From Trichosphaerium sp. ATCC 40318 (lineage: Eukaryota > Protista > Tubulinea): a DNA stretch of 64,000 nucleotides. How positions within the stretch are numbered: position 1 is the stretch's first letter; each line of letters starts with the position of its first letter. Location of the stretch: positions 62,001 through 126,000 of the forward strand of contig JALMLS010000316.1 in assembly GCA_038496445.1 (NCBI GenBank). Direction: 5' to 3'. Below, piece after piece: positions 13,551-25,865 of this stretch. The position numbers and the translations under genes were made by a program. The notes below the pieces were generated by a model, which was not told where the DNA came from, ran no database searches, and worked only from the letters and a program-made list of their open reading frames with translations.

Positions 13551-13683
13551 ATTTTTTCAGGTTTAGCTATTTTCTTGCCTACTCACCGTGTACCATAGTC
13601 AAGCGACTTCTGTCTGTAATAGAGCTATCTTTAAAGACAAAGACACCAGAAAATTAACCCTAAGGCTTTCTTCACAAAACTAG

Positions 13684-14724
13684 ATGAATATCATACAATC
13701 AATGGATTATTGTTTATTAAACCTACCTGTAGAGATACAACTCGATATTATTGATCTAGACTCTGAATTATATCCAAAATGGCCGTGTTTATCAAAAAAC
13801 AGTGCAATGGTAACGAGGTATGATTGTAACTTGGAGAAACATGGTAAGTGGACGAAAAGGACTGCACTCCAATATTGGTCACATGGTAAACGCCATGGCA
13901 CATTCAAGTGCTGGTATAGCAATGGTAGATTGAAGAGTGTATGTAATTACGTTAACGATAAACAAGAAGGGGAGTACAAGAAGTACAATCACAAAGGACG
14001 TTTGAGAGAGAAAGGAAATTATAAACAAGGTAAACTTGAGGGAGAATATAAGTGGTGGAATTCAAAGGGTATTTTACGCAAGAAGGGTTATCACGTGAAC
14101 AATAAATTGCATGGAGATTGTATACTGTTTTTTAGAGATAAAAGTAGAGCAGAGTACAAGTATTCTAATGGTAAATATGAAGGAGAGTATAAGAGGTGGT
14201 ATAGAAATGGTCAGTTAGCTTTAAAATGCTATTACACAAATGGTAAACGGGAAGGAAAGTCAATAAAGTGGAGACGAAATGGTGTGTTGGAAGAACAATG
14301 CTCTTACATAAACAATGAACTAGACAAAGAGTACAAACGCTGGCATCAAAATGGTAGATTGGCACTTCATTGTCATTATGTCAAAGGGAAACAAGAAGGA
14401 GAGTCTAAACGTTGGTATGACAATGGAATACTAAAGGAGCAATATAACTTTGTCAAGGATGAACTTGACGGAGAGTGCACTCGGTGGCACAATAATGGGC
14501 AAATGGATTTTCATTGTCATTTTGTTAAAGGCCTTATAGAAGGTGAACAAAAGTCTTGGTATCCCAATGGTCAAAAGTTCAGACATTGTAACTATAAAAA
14601 TGGTAAACGAGATGGAGAGGATAAATGGTATAGTGATGGTAAACTGATTTCAAAACACACGTATGTAAATGGCGTTAGAGTGGAGTATAAGACAAGTAAC
14701 AAAAGGAGAACTGTACTCCTATAG
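13684..14724 (+). CDS. Intronless F-box-like + MORN-variant repeat protein (giant-virus-like)
   Basis: LLNLPVEIQLDII N-terminus; ~11 repeats of GKxEGEYKxWYxNGxLxxxCxYxN. Confidence 0.88.
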   Translation: MNIIQSMDYCLLNLPVEIQLDIIDLDSELYPKWPCLSKNSAMVTRYDCNLEKHGKWTKRTALQYWSHGKRHGTFKCWYSNGRLKSVCNYVNDKQEGEYKKYNHKGRLREKGNYKQGKLEGEYKWWNSKGILRKKGYHVNNKLHGDCILFFRDKSRAEYKYSNGKYEGEYKRWYRNGQLALKCYYTNGKREGKSIKWRRNGVLEEQCSYINNELDKEYKRWHQNGRLALHCHYVKGKQEGESKRWYDNGILKEQYNFVKDELDGECTRWHNNGQMDFHCHFVKGLIEGEQKSWYPNGQKFRHCNYKNGKRDGEDKWYSDGKLISKHTYVNGVRVEYKTSNKRRTVLL

Positions 14725-15803
14725 AAGCACTACTATCCAGGCCTTAGTGAGTGTGACCTAATATACATATTACCATTAGTAAGATGTTTTTTTAGTGTTC
14801 AGGTCACTATTGGCTTGTAGATTGAGGTGGCACACGGAATAAAAATGAAGATATTTAACAAAAAGTTTACTAGTATCCTTCGTCACATGCATCAAGTACA
14901 TTGACCCTGTTCAGTTCGGTATAGATAGTAAATAACAATAATGCTACTTTGAAATGCGTGAACTTGTCTAAGACCTGTTTGTAAGATTGCATGTCCATTC
15001 CTAGCGTACTATTTCGTTCTACTTCTGTTGTTTTCTTTTTTTGGTGTCGTTCATGACGACAGCTTAACTCTTTGTTGGATTGCAGTTAAAGGCAGCGTTT
15101 TTGGCATCAACGATTTATTTGCTGAAGGTTTGAAGTGCTCTAATCGATAGATACTCATCCCTCACCTTGTTTCTGCGTGCCAGCACTCATGTACCATTGT
15201 TTTTCGTGATTCGGGTTTGCCAATATTAAAAAAAGGCCGTTGCTCGTTTATTTGCACGTGATTGTTTAATTCGGTAAAGGTACAATGAATCGTACAATCA
15301 CGTACAGATAAAACAGCAACAGGCTATTTTGATAACACAAATAACCATTCAGAGTTTCCAAGGCATTAATCAAACGTTATGACGATATACTTGTGATGTA
15401 CACAGACAAAAATAAAACAAGCCAAGGCGCTGTAGTTTGATTCAAATAACGAAACCTGACTTTCAGAAAAACCACGAACTTGTTTGTTTTTTTTTCTACC
15501 TGTTGAACAAGTTTGCTAAATTATGATGTTGTAAAATAATTTCTAGAATACCTCATATCCAGATACCGAAAGAGAAAAAGTAATGTGATGAACAACAAGA
15601 AATTTACGAAATGATATTAACTGTCAGTAATCCACAAAAGCCATTGATTTGCTATGGTATTTCTATGTCGGATTATCCATCTCATGTACTTCTCTCACCT
15701 TAGACGCGTATGATCAGTATTACACAAATCGCACACAAGGTGTAGAGAAGTACCTAAAGAAGGGTATTAAGTAAGGTTTTATTTAAATTATTTGGTTCAT
15801 TCA

Positions 15804-17050
15804 ATGTTCGCACTACCAGAAGAAACAGCTCCTTTTGAAACAAATTTCGCAACTAATTTCGTGTCTTCCGAAACAAACGACTTTATTCTACAGTGTCACG
15901 ACATCTCGCAATTACTACTACCAGACAATTTCAACGACTCAATACCAGAACCACTCAACAATAGCCACGCCCCTTTGTACTGTGTCCCATCGATAATAAC
16001 GCTTGAAGAAAAACCAAATAATGTTTTCTTCCAAAGCAATCTTCCTCGCCTTCAAGAGCGTTCTACGGATGATTCACCACATAGAAAAGAATATTTAATG
16101 AACAGACTATCAGAATCATCAGATGATACAAAGCAGGTACGTTATCGCTAAAACTAAAGAGTACAAACTTCCGAAAAACATAAGTTTGGTCAGGGCAATG
16201 AAAAGTTTTTTTTTTGAAGAAAACCGACTTTTAAACTTCTCATAGGACAAACAAGATTGTAAGATAGGATCAAATAAATGTATAAAATTGATAGCACATC
16301 CATTACTACAAAGAGTCTTGGGGAAGAGTAAAAAACCGTACCTTTATGCTGTCTGTTTGGCAGTTATTTTGGAGTTGGGCGTAAAAGTAGAGAACAAAAT
16401 TTTTGTAGTTTTGTACGATCTCCTTTCCGTCTGAATTAAATCTCATCTAAAGAGTACGCTAACATTAACCTCGTAGTAATGATGATGTGTTTATGACTGC
16501 TATATCTATGCTGAGTCAATACAAACAAAGGAGGCCTAGAGATAGCTACGGAGCATATAAATCAATAAAACGGTTCGTAACACGTGATAAGAGCGCTCCC
16601 TTTGAAAAAAAACAAGTAAATTAAATCGCTAGTACTACCTTTCTTTTGTGTTGAGAGATGTTGTAGCACTGTATCATAATCTAATGAGCGGTATGTATTA
16701 GGTGGACTGAGGTGCTAAACAAGAGAAGAAAGGGAAATAGCTGGTGTTTTAAGGAAAAACCTTCTAAGATTGCTGTATGGACACAAACATTCGAAGAGAT
16801 CAGATCAATAGTAAAAGTACAAGCTTTTGTAAAATGGAAATGTTGGCGTACAGGAAGAGATATATCAACTGACATTACATCAAAGGACTTTAGCTCGATG
16901 ATATGGGCGTTGGCTGGAAGATATGATTGAACTTGTGATTGTGTTAAGGCGTAATTGAATTTTCTTTCTTTCTTTGTCTAGATTTTACAACAGGTGTCTC
17001 TGGCATGTCTATTACATTGTACCATAGCAAAATATTGATCAAGTCACGTC
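15804..17050 (+). CDS. Hypothetical multi-exon protein; 3' structure unresolved
   Basis: Long first exon ending at a CAG|GTACG donor and further exon-like blocks. No recognisable domain. Confidence 0.4.
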
Positions 17051-18458
17051 GTTGACAATTACAACAATAAGGTATTGAATACGTTTGTTCGCTTGTGGAG
17101 AAAAAAAACCTTGGACGTGAAAGGAAACCAATAAATATTACAAGTGAAAACGCGTTTGCCGAAATTCAATCTTACAGTTTAAGTGTCTATCGGTCTAGTA
17201 GAAATGCGCTTGAACAAACCGATTGTATAGCCATCAAGTTAGCTTTTGTCACTTGAGCAAGTAGCTTGCTGACACGTAAACGAGCATGAGTAATTCAATT
17301 TTTGAACAATGAACCATGTTTTCGAATACTCAAACTGATTGAAAGGCAAGTGTAAACACAAGTAGTAGTCAGTAACTTTACGGAAAGAACAATTTTATCG
17401 ACACCATGAGTTGCTTTTATTCATCTGAGTTTAGGTTATGTTTAATGTTTTACTGCCAAAGCTACAGCATCGATTACAGTATGGATGTGTGTTGTTTGTT
17501 CCTTCTATCAATCTCTAAAAATATTCAAGGTGGTCATGAACATGCGGTTACATCTTCTAGTACCGTTAGAGTAACCATGCTACGACGATAAGATGGCTTG
17601 AGTTTGAGCGAAATTGTAACTTTCAGAGGTACTGCCAGTCTTCTATGAAAGTCATTTATTGGCTATTGAACCTACAGAACTGCTTATCACATTACTTTTC
17701 GCTTTCCTCTCTAGAGGACTTGGTAGATTTAGAAGACTTCGAAGATTGATCGTCTCCAGCTTTTGATTTCGCTCTACGAGAGCTTGTTCTAACTACTGGA
17801 TCTTGACGCGAGCAGTTACGGATTTCCTCTTAGGATTCCTCGTCCTTGCTATTCGTGCGCTACAAACATAACGGATGATGCTTCAGATTTACTCACCTTT
17901 TAGTACGCTACGAGACTCTGGCTTTGCACCGTCGCCATTGCATCCAGCACAGGGTAAAGCCTGTATATTGAAGCGCGGGAGCACAGTTACCAAGGCACAA
18001 ACGACGTACAAGATTCGATGTTCAATACCGTAACATTCCTAGATGACGAAATACTTGGCGTATATGTCTACTGTACGCTATCTTATCGCTCAGCGTCAAG
18101 GTTTACCGTTTAAATAATTGCCTCGGTATTTTATCAAACTTGCTCTGTTAGTTCCCGCAAGCGCCAATAATAAGGTTTCATTGTTCTATAGCACAGTAGG
18201 TGGCCTCTTTACTCAATAACACGAAGAGTGTCCTAACACTTCGGTAAAACAGCCAGTACACCTCTACAATGAAAAAAGGAAAAGTACTACAACCTAGTGG
18301 AAGCCACAAACAATGTGCAGTCAAAAAAAGTATTCTATTTGTAATCTCGCGCCAACTCTTCTTTATTACTACTTCTAATAGCCACATACATTAACGTACG
18401 TATTGAATGCGAAAAGTTATCAGTTGGCGCCTAAAAGTTAGCCGTTAGTTGTAATTTA

Positions 18459-21400
18459 ATGGCTTCACGTACAAGGGGTTCCCCTACCCTTGCAAAGGGT
18501 GCACCGTCTAAAGTCAAAGTAATTGTACGACTGCGGCCGTTTCTAGACAGAGAAACAAAAGGAAGATGCGTATCAGTAGAACCAAGTGCTATTCGACTCG
18601 CAGATTCGCGTAGAATGTCTTCTGAAGAATTAAAATACGCGTACGTTCAGTTTTGATCGAATGTAGTAATACCATTGGGTTTGACACTTATTGAACTATC
18701 AGTTTCGACCATTGCTACGATAAACAAACAGACACCAGGACAATTTGGAAAAAGGAGATTCTACCAAATCTTAATCAAGTATTACGCGGTGTGCACGCTA
18801 CAATATTTGCATACGGAATGACTGGAGCTGGTAAGCATAAACGATTTTATGTTTTTGAAAAAAATGTAACGTATAATTCTGACAGTTTGGTTTTAGGCAA
18901 AACCTTCACTATGCAAGGGAATGATAAGAAACCGGGTACGTTTTTTAGAAAAAAATTCATTTGCGTCGTTTTAGCTTTTATTGACGTTGATCGCAGGTAT
19001 AATCCCTTTAACTGTTCAACACGTACTCAAGCAGTTAAATGGACCACAAACGACGCGAAATGGAGGAAGTAAAGTGTCGATAAGCATTGGTTTTATTCAA
19101 ATTTACAACGAAAAAGTTTTTGACTTATTGAACGCTACTGGGAAGGACTTACCAGTTCGAAAAAGCAGTAGCGGTGAAACCGTAATTTCAGGTCTTCACG
19201 AGGTACGTCAAAGTGATGATTCAAGGAGCACAAACTCTTTTAAAAATAAAACAAATACAAAAAAACGGTCGAATTTGAAAATCATTTTTACCGGTCTGTA
19301 CACGGATTATTTTTGTTACTAGTCGCCCCTTTTGAGTTTCGTGCAATGTATCTTAACGGTAGTAGGAACCTTTGGAATCTTACGATATGTTTACTGAGTT
19401 ATATCACGATGCTTTATCGAGACGATTTACTGGCTCTACAAAGCTTAATAATGAGTCATCGAGAAGTCATTCGGTACTCATGTTGCGTATAAAAACAGTG
19501 ACACAGACAAGGGTATGCAAGCGTTATTTTGAAACGTCCTTTTAAAAACCAAAAATGAGCAAAATGATTTTCTATTTTTCACGTGTTTTTCGCATCTCGT
19601 TTTTACTGACATTTGCTTAGATCATTACTGGTAAAGTAAATCTGATTGATCTTGCTGGTAATGAGGACAATCGTAAGACTGCTAATAAAGGTACGGGCTT
19701 TTTTTTTGTTAGAGCGTCAGTGCATACTCGTTGCGAGTATTTTTTTTCTTTGTATTACGTTAAGGTGTTTTCGGCGTTGACTCGTTTGTTTTTAGGAATG
19801 CGCCTAACAGAATCGCAAAATATTAACAACTCTTTGTTTGTCCTATCAAAAGTCGTAACTGCCTTAAACAAAGGCGCTATACGCGTACCATACCGAGACT
19901 GTAAATTAACAAGACTTCTACAAGTACGTTTTTTTTTTTTTTGGAAATCTTTTCGTTTCATTTGTGCTTTATTTGGATTTACGCACGTGTTGTATTCGAT
20001 ACTTTTTTGTATCACATATCTGTATTTGCATACACTCAAAATAGACGTTGTGTACTTTGTACCGTAATTCAAGAATTCTTGATGATTACCACTTTTTTCT
20101 CATTTTTTCTCTTTTTTATAGGATTCTTTGGGAGGAAGGAGTAACGCTATCATGATTGCTAATATAGCACCATCTGTAGAACATTTTCAAAATACATACT
20201 ATACTCTCAATTTTGCTAGTAAATCCAGAGAGGTAGTCAATGCACCTGTTGCACATTCAGGTACGTCAAGAAAAAAGTTTGAAAAGAAAATTTTTCAAGA
20301 ATTGCGCTCCCAGACATTTCGTTCCTTTGTGCCATTATCCACGTACTCACATGTTTTTTTAGAAGCTGTTACACCTCCAGCACGACCTGTAAATAAGAAA
20401 CGTATGTGGCAATCATTTTTGTTGGTCTTACTTGTTGCTAACGAACATTTTAGCTATAACCTACTTTGTTGAGGAGTATAGTGAAAACAGTAAGCGAGGA
20501 GGTAGAACACGTATGCGTTTACCTCTACCGCGACCTGCCATTGATAACAAACGTAAGCATATATTTTACATTCTCCAGAGCTTACAAGTTGATAGATTTG
20601 GTTAATCAGACGCAATTTGAGAGTCTAATAAGACGAGTTCGAAAGTGAGTTTTAGAACAAAAGTATTTTTTTTTTTCAATCTTCCTTCTAATCTCTTTGC
20701 TTCAGTATTGAGAAGGAAACACGTACAAAGACCCCTCAGTTTAGAGCAAAAGCTCATAATGCCATTGATCCTAATTTGGCTGCAATTGTTGTAAAGACCC
20801 CAGCTAAATTGAGGAACTTGAGCAAAGAAGAAAGAGCCGAGTACGTTTTTTGGGTTTAGGTGTTTTACAAATACTGACTTTGTTATCTTTCAGAAAATCG
20901 TGCGAGCTTGTTAAAGTTGCACGAAAGCACGATAAATTAGGACTACACGCTCAGAGTCTTATGGAGTTTACACAAGGTACACACTAATCCCTTTAACTTT
21001 CGCAATTTTTTCTCATTTTATTCTTATCTAATTAAAAAAACAACACTCATATTGCTTGTTTATATATTCATGTATTATTATTACAGCCCAACGTTTCTTG
21101 GATAAGAGTGATCCGAAATTCCAAGGATTGAACATAAAGATACAGAAGAGGATAGATAGGCTACGACGCCTTATAAACGAAAATGGAGCTGGCTTTGACA
21201 ATGAAGAAAACATGGTTCCTAACCGTCGGTCGTCACAAAAGCCAGGATCACTCAAAGTAAGTTAGCGCATGTCTAGACTTGTAAGGTACCTCTTCTTCTC
21301 TAATATCTACATAGCGTAAGACAAGTGTTTCAGAGACAAAACCAAGAACTAAAGCAAGAAAAAAAAGTACTGAGTTTTCTGCAGCTCAAATTAGAGTTGT

Positions 21401-21862
21401 TCAAGTTAACTTGAGGGAGTACACAGAAAAAGTTTTAAAAGGTGAAAAGGCTGTACGTTTCTTTTAGTTTTTGTTATACTATGTTATGTATTTTTTTGAC
21501 GTTGTTGTTTATAGCCTGAGAGGATGAGGGAGATTTTAGATATTTTCAATTCACGTGATGTTAAGGCAATCATGGGACTTAACCAAGTAGGCAAAAAACG
21601 CGCAGAAGCTATTGTCGCTGGTAAGAGCGGTGATCCTACATTCATATATACAGGTGTACGTTATTTAAAACAAAAAAAGAGTAGATACAAGTCAAGTTCA
21701 AACAGACGCTTTTTTGATCTTTCTTTTTTTTTTTCATTTCATAAGAATGTTGTTGTCCTTATTCGTATTCTTTAGCTTGAGGATTTAGTTCATGCTGGTT
21801 TGAGTGAAAAAGTTATAAAGACTATCATGCGAAATAATATGTTTGATTGCATGGTTTTATAG
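18459..21862 (+). CDS. KIF22: Kinesin-10 (KIF22/Kid-like) with C-terminal helix-hairpin-helix
   Basis: [76 protein letters not shown]; C-terminal [15 protein letters not shown]. Confidence 0.9.
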
Positions 21863-22039
21863 GAACCTGTTACCATTGTAAAATAAAGTGTAAAGTCATA
21901 TCAATTTTATATTACTTTTTTAGTTTTTACTGTGATATGACCTACGTAAACTGTTTGTGATCCATAGGTATCTTAAACAGCTATGTTGTAGTACTATACG
22001 ATAGTCCTTTCTTGGTAATTTCAGCCACCAAAAACAAAA

Positions 22040-22566
22040 GGGGAGGTGGCGGCACGTGCATTTTTCTCGCGCTGATTTTGTTCCCAATCAAGGGAGGTGT
22101 CAGGATACGCGAGCTTTGTTATGGTAGGCGGGTACAGAGCCCTATAAAGGGCCTGTATTCCTCGTCTGGAAGGATGTTCAATGATGTGTGTAAACGCAGT
22201 AGCGGTGTCGCAATTGTCGCCATAGTAATACAGCTACCGCCTACTCTTTACCTGCGCTTACAAGGACAATGAAACATTTGAGGTTATAGGACGTTAGTTC
22301 AGCGATAGTTATTCATTCACATTTGGTGTGTTGAGAGTTTAGTCATAGTTTCGAAGTAAACACGTCTCCTTGGCTGACTTAAGCAATCCCTTACAACTTG
22401 TCTTAAATGTCGGGTTTAAACTGGAATGCCTCGCTAAATGGTTCTTGACTTGTTGTCTACTTCCTGTGAATCCAGTGTGACTACAGTTTCGCCGATTTAG
22501 CTGGCTATCAGAATGAATCCAACAGACGTTTGCTATTGGTATGCTATCGTACTACTGCCGCTCCCC
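22040..22566 (-). ncRNA. Candidate structured non-coding RNA (~530 nt), class unknown
   Basis: 5' GGGGAG-CGGCA is complementary to 3' TGCCG-CCAC-CTCCCC, which is followed by TTTTGTTTTT. Several internal GC-rich stems. No credible protein. Confidence 0.4.
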
Positions 22567-23057
22567 ACTGACAAAACTGAATTGAAGCGCATTTGTAGTA
22601 TGACTTTGAAATTGAAAAAAAAATAGTGGTATACAAAAACTACTACAACCCATAGAATATGTGGTACTGGTAGCTAAGGATATCTTTTTGGAAAGTTAGG
22701 GTCAGGGCAACTTTCTTCAAAAATGAAAAATCATCTTGTTTTCGGAAAGTTGACGAAAATTCAGCAAGAAAAACGTGACGTCACTACGAAAGTATTCTTC
22801 TCTTACCATAATTCAGCATCTTTCAATAGTAATAAGTGTATATTGTTGCCTCTGTTTGTTGTAAACCATGATTTTGTATTATTTTCACGAAGGATTATTA
22901 CCAACAGATCTGACGACCGAAACTTAACGAGTTTTTAGCTGATTAATCGGTTGGACGCAAGTTGTCAAACAGTTCTTTACGATTGGTAATAATCATACGA
23001 TAGTACAAACAATTCATTTACTTTAGTGACTAGGAACTTTTGTATTTGTGTTTGCGA

Positions 23058-25007
23058 ATGACATCTAAGAGTTCAGTCACTTACACGCTAGTTGAAGCCG
23101 CAATCCAATGTTTGGACGATAATGTACGTTACACTTTTTGGTCCGGTTTAAAAAGGTTACAATAGCGTCTATATAAGTTTTAAGTGTTATTAGGGAGGTA
23201 GCCCTTCAATGCATGCGAAAGCGATTGCTGAATATTGCATCTCGAAAGGTTGGATGAACAACACCAAAACACCTCATAATTCAATATCATCCGCTCTAAA
23301 CGTCCATATAAAAAAGAGCGGAAATCAATCGTATTTTGAAAAAGTTGCTCCAGCTTGCTACGCGCTCTCAAAGTACTATAATAGCCTAAAGAATGAAATG
23401 GAGGACGATTTGATGCTTGAAGAAAAGGATTTCAACGATGAGGAAAAACCAAAACTAAAAATCACGCTAAAGGTTGCCAGCGCTAATACCTCATCTCAAA
23501 ATGGCGTCTCGCAAGTCCATGCGTTAGAAAAGCAGTTAGAAAATCTTAAAAAAGTTTACACATCGGACGTAAGTGGTTGGAAACAAAAGTATTTGGCGTC
23601 AGTAGTTGAGAACAAGGCTTTAAAAAAAAAGCTTGGTAAATTGGAGCAAGAAGTACAGATATTGAAGTATGGTAACCCAAGTACGTTATTCAACGCACTA
23701 GATCAATAATTCTTCCATTCTAATTTATAATACTGCAGATCACCAGGTAGATAACGTTAGGGATTTATTGTGTAAGATTCTTACGCCTTACAACTGTGTC
23801 TAAACTGTTTTTTTGCTTTCTTTTTTCAATATTTCGGAAAAGCGTAGATCAAGATTTTTACATGCTGTTTTTATTCACTGAAATGATGAAACGTTGAATG
23901 TACTTATTTGTTCACTTTTAGATCGTGGTATGGGTAATCCTCTATGCCCTTGGTACCTCCCTAATGAAGCATTTCATTCTCTACCATGGCGAACTGTAAA
24001 GAACCATTACCAATCGGAAATAAGTGCATTTAATGCGCCAACAATTTACAACTTTGTTTCGACGCTATTCACTTCTACTGCGCCAGACTCGTGGTATATT
24101 TCGCGAATCTTGGCTATTGATAACAAAGACCCTCTACAGACAATGTTCCAACGAAGAATGCAAACAATGGGTGAGATAGGCGCTTTCGGCAAATATCACG
24201 TGCAGTTTTTTTGGTAACTTTGTTTTACTGTTTAGATATGCGAGCAAATGATCCTACGTTTGCACCTTCATGGAAAAGTGAGGCAAACGTTCCTTTGCGA
24301 TCTCAATTATTAAGAAGACTTCAGTCTTTTGAGTGTACCGATCCAAGACAAGTATGTAAGTTTGTATGGGCATGGCATGGAACAGATCCTAAGTATGTTG
24401 ATCAAATATGTAATGCTGGATTTGCTGCTATTGGAAAAACGGACTCAGGTTTGACGTTGAAATAATATACGTAGCTCTTTGGTACTAACATCAGTTTTTG
24501 TAGGATACTTTGGTAACGGAATATATGGTTCTATCCAAGCTAAGTATTCTGGTACTGTATACACAAAACACAAATGTTTATTGCTATGTGTAATGTCATT
24601 CCTCAACGTATTTCCAGTTGTACGTTCCTTGCTTTTTTTGGTCAATTACAACATAAACTTGTTTTTTTCCCACTTCGTTCACGTGTTTGTTCCGCTTCGA
24701 TTGTTAACCTTGTTCAGGTTCATGATGATATGAAGATGCTTATGGGAAAGAATGCATATAAAACATATGATGCTCATTATATACCAGTAGTACCACGTGA
24801 TCCAAATGATCCTGATGAGACAATATTTTACGGACTTGATAAAAAAACACTGTTCCTGTTTACGACGAATTTGTTGTGTTTGAGGTACGGTTACTCAACC
24901 TAACGTTAGAAACTCAACTCATATTTGATATTTAGGAATCACAAATTCTACCTAGATTCGTTGTGTATTATGAAGATGCTGAAGAGAATTCAATGGATTG
25001 TGATTAA
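23058..25007 (+). CDS. HARE-HTH + coiled coil + PARP-like ADP-ribosyltransferase
   Basis: TLVEAAIQCL..MHAKAIAEYCISKGW..TKTPHNSISSALNVHIKK..FEKVAPACYAL (HARE-HTH). WHGT..GF..DSGYFGNGIY..YDAHY..YDEFVVFEESQILPRFVV (H-Y-E). One apparent frameshift in the A-run at 24841. Confidence 0.85.
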
Positions 25008-25613
25008 GAATAAATATCAAATATCAACAACTCACAGAGTGCTGACGTTCCTAACTATCTTGATAAAAGGTGTACAAATGCAAATAACCAATCTCAGCTC
25101 GTCTCTTTCTTAAAACTCCACTACTTGCGCTCTAATTTCTCGAGAGTTTTCTCTATGCGTAGCAGTAGCGTGTAACCCATGATTCATTCTCGTTAAAGCG
25201 AGGGTGCTTTGAAAATGCTTAGTGTGAATGCAAAAGCCATTAGTTATGATCAACATGGGTAGTGTTGACTACCAGGCAACTTTGTACACCTGAGTAAGCA
25301 GTCTCCATTTATGGGTTTGTTACGAAATTGGAGTTTATTAAGTGAGCTAGAAGTACTTGTTCGCTAGAAAACCACTAGAAATACGTATATTCATGTATTG
25401 CGACAAAAATAGAGCGAAATTTGAACTACTCCGCCTTAGAGTGTATATCCGCCGCATGTATGTTGTAGCGATTAGTGAGCATGTTGGTGTACAAACCCGT
25501 ACGTAACAACACAATATACGATCGTATATTTGTCCACGAAAAACCTTAAAAAAGAAACTCCACCTGCTTACCTTAATTACAAATTCCTCAATACAGAAGC
25601 AACGTATCTCACA

Positions 25614-25865
25614 ATGAAACTTCTATATACCCTCCTCATAATGACTGTACTCATTTCAGTGGCTTTATCTTCAAGAAGATCTGTATCTAACAGAGCAAAC
25701 CGCCAAGTAAGCAAACGCTCAGCTGAATGGCTACCTGCTTGTTATCAACCAAGTTGTTGTGTATTCAGTCAGAGAGGTGCACGCCGTACACGTAGTGCAC
25801 GCGGTAGAGGTGGTTGGTTTAAATGTGCTGCACGAGGTGAGCAGTTCTGCTGCTGGGGAAACTAG
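25614..25865 (+). CDS. Small secreted Cys-rich prepropeptide
   Basis: Signal MKLLYTLLIMTVLISVALS, basic pro-region ending in KR, six Cys in two C...CC modules. Confidence 0.7.
   Translation: MKLLYTLLIMTVLISVALSSRRSVSNRANRQVSKRSAEWLPACYQPSCCVFSQRGARRTRSARGRGGWFKCAARGEQFCCWGN

Noticed and set aside
13650-13657. AAAATTAA resembling the mimivirus early promoter AAAATTGA
   Set aside because: Mismatched and too common in AT-rich DNA to count as evidence.
14830-15200. Exon-like minus-strand stretches (also 17640-18390 and 34400-34950)
   Set aside because: I could not build a consistent gene model.
24838-24850. Programmed frameshift or pseudogenisation in the PARP gene (also near 42440 in PqaA)
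   Set aside because: Single-base indels in or near simple runs within otherwise intact genes are best explained as assembly errors.
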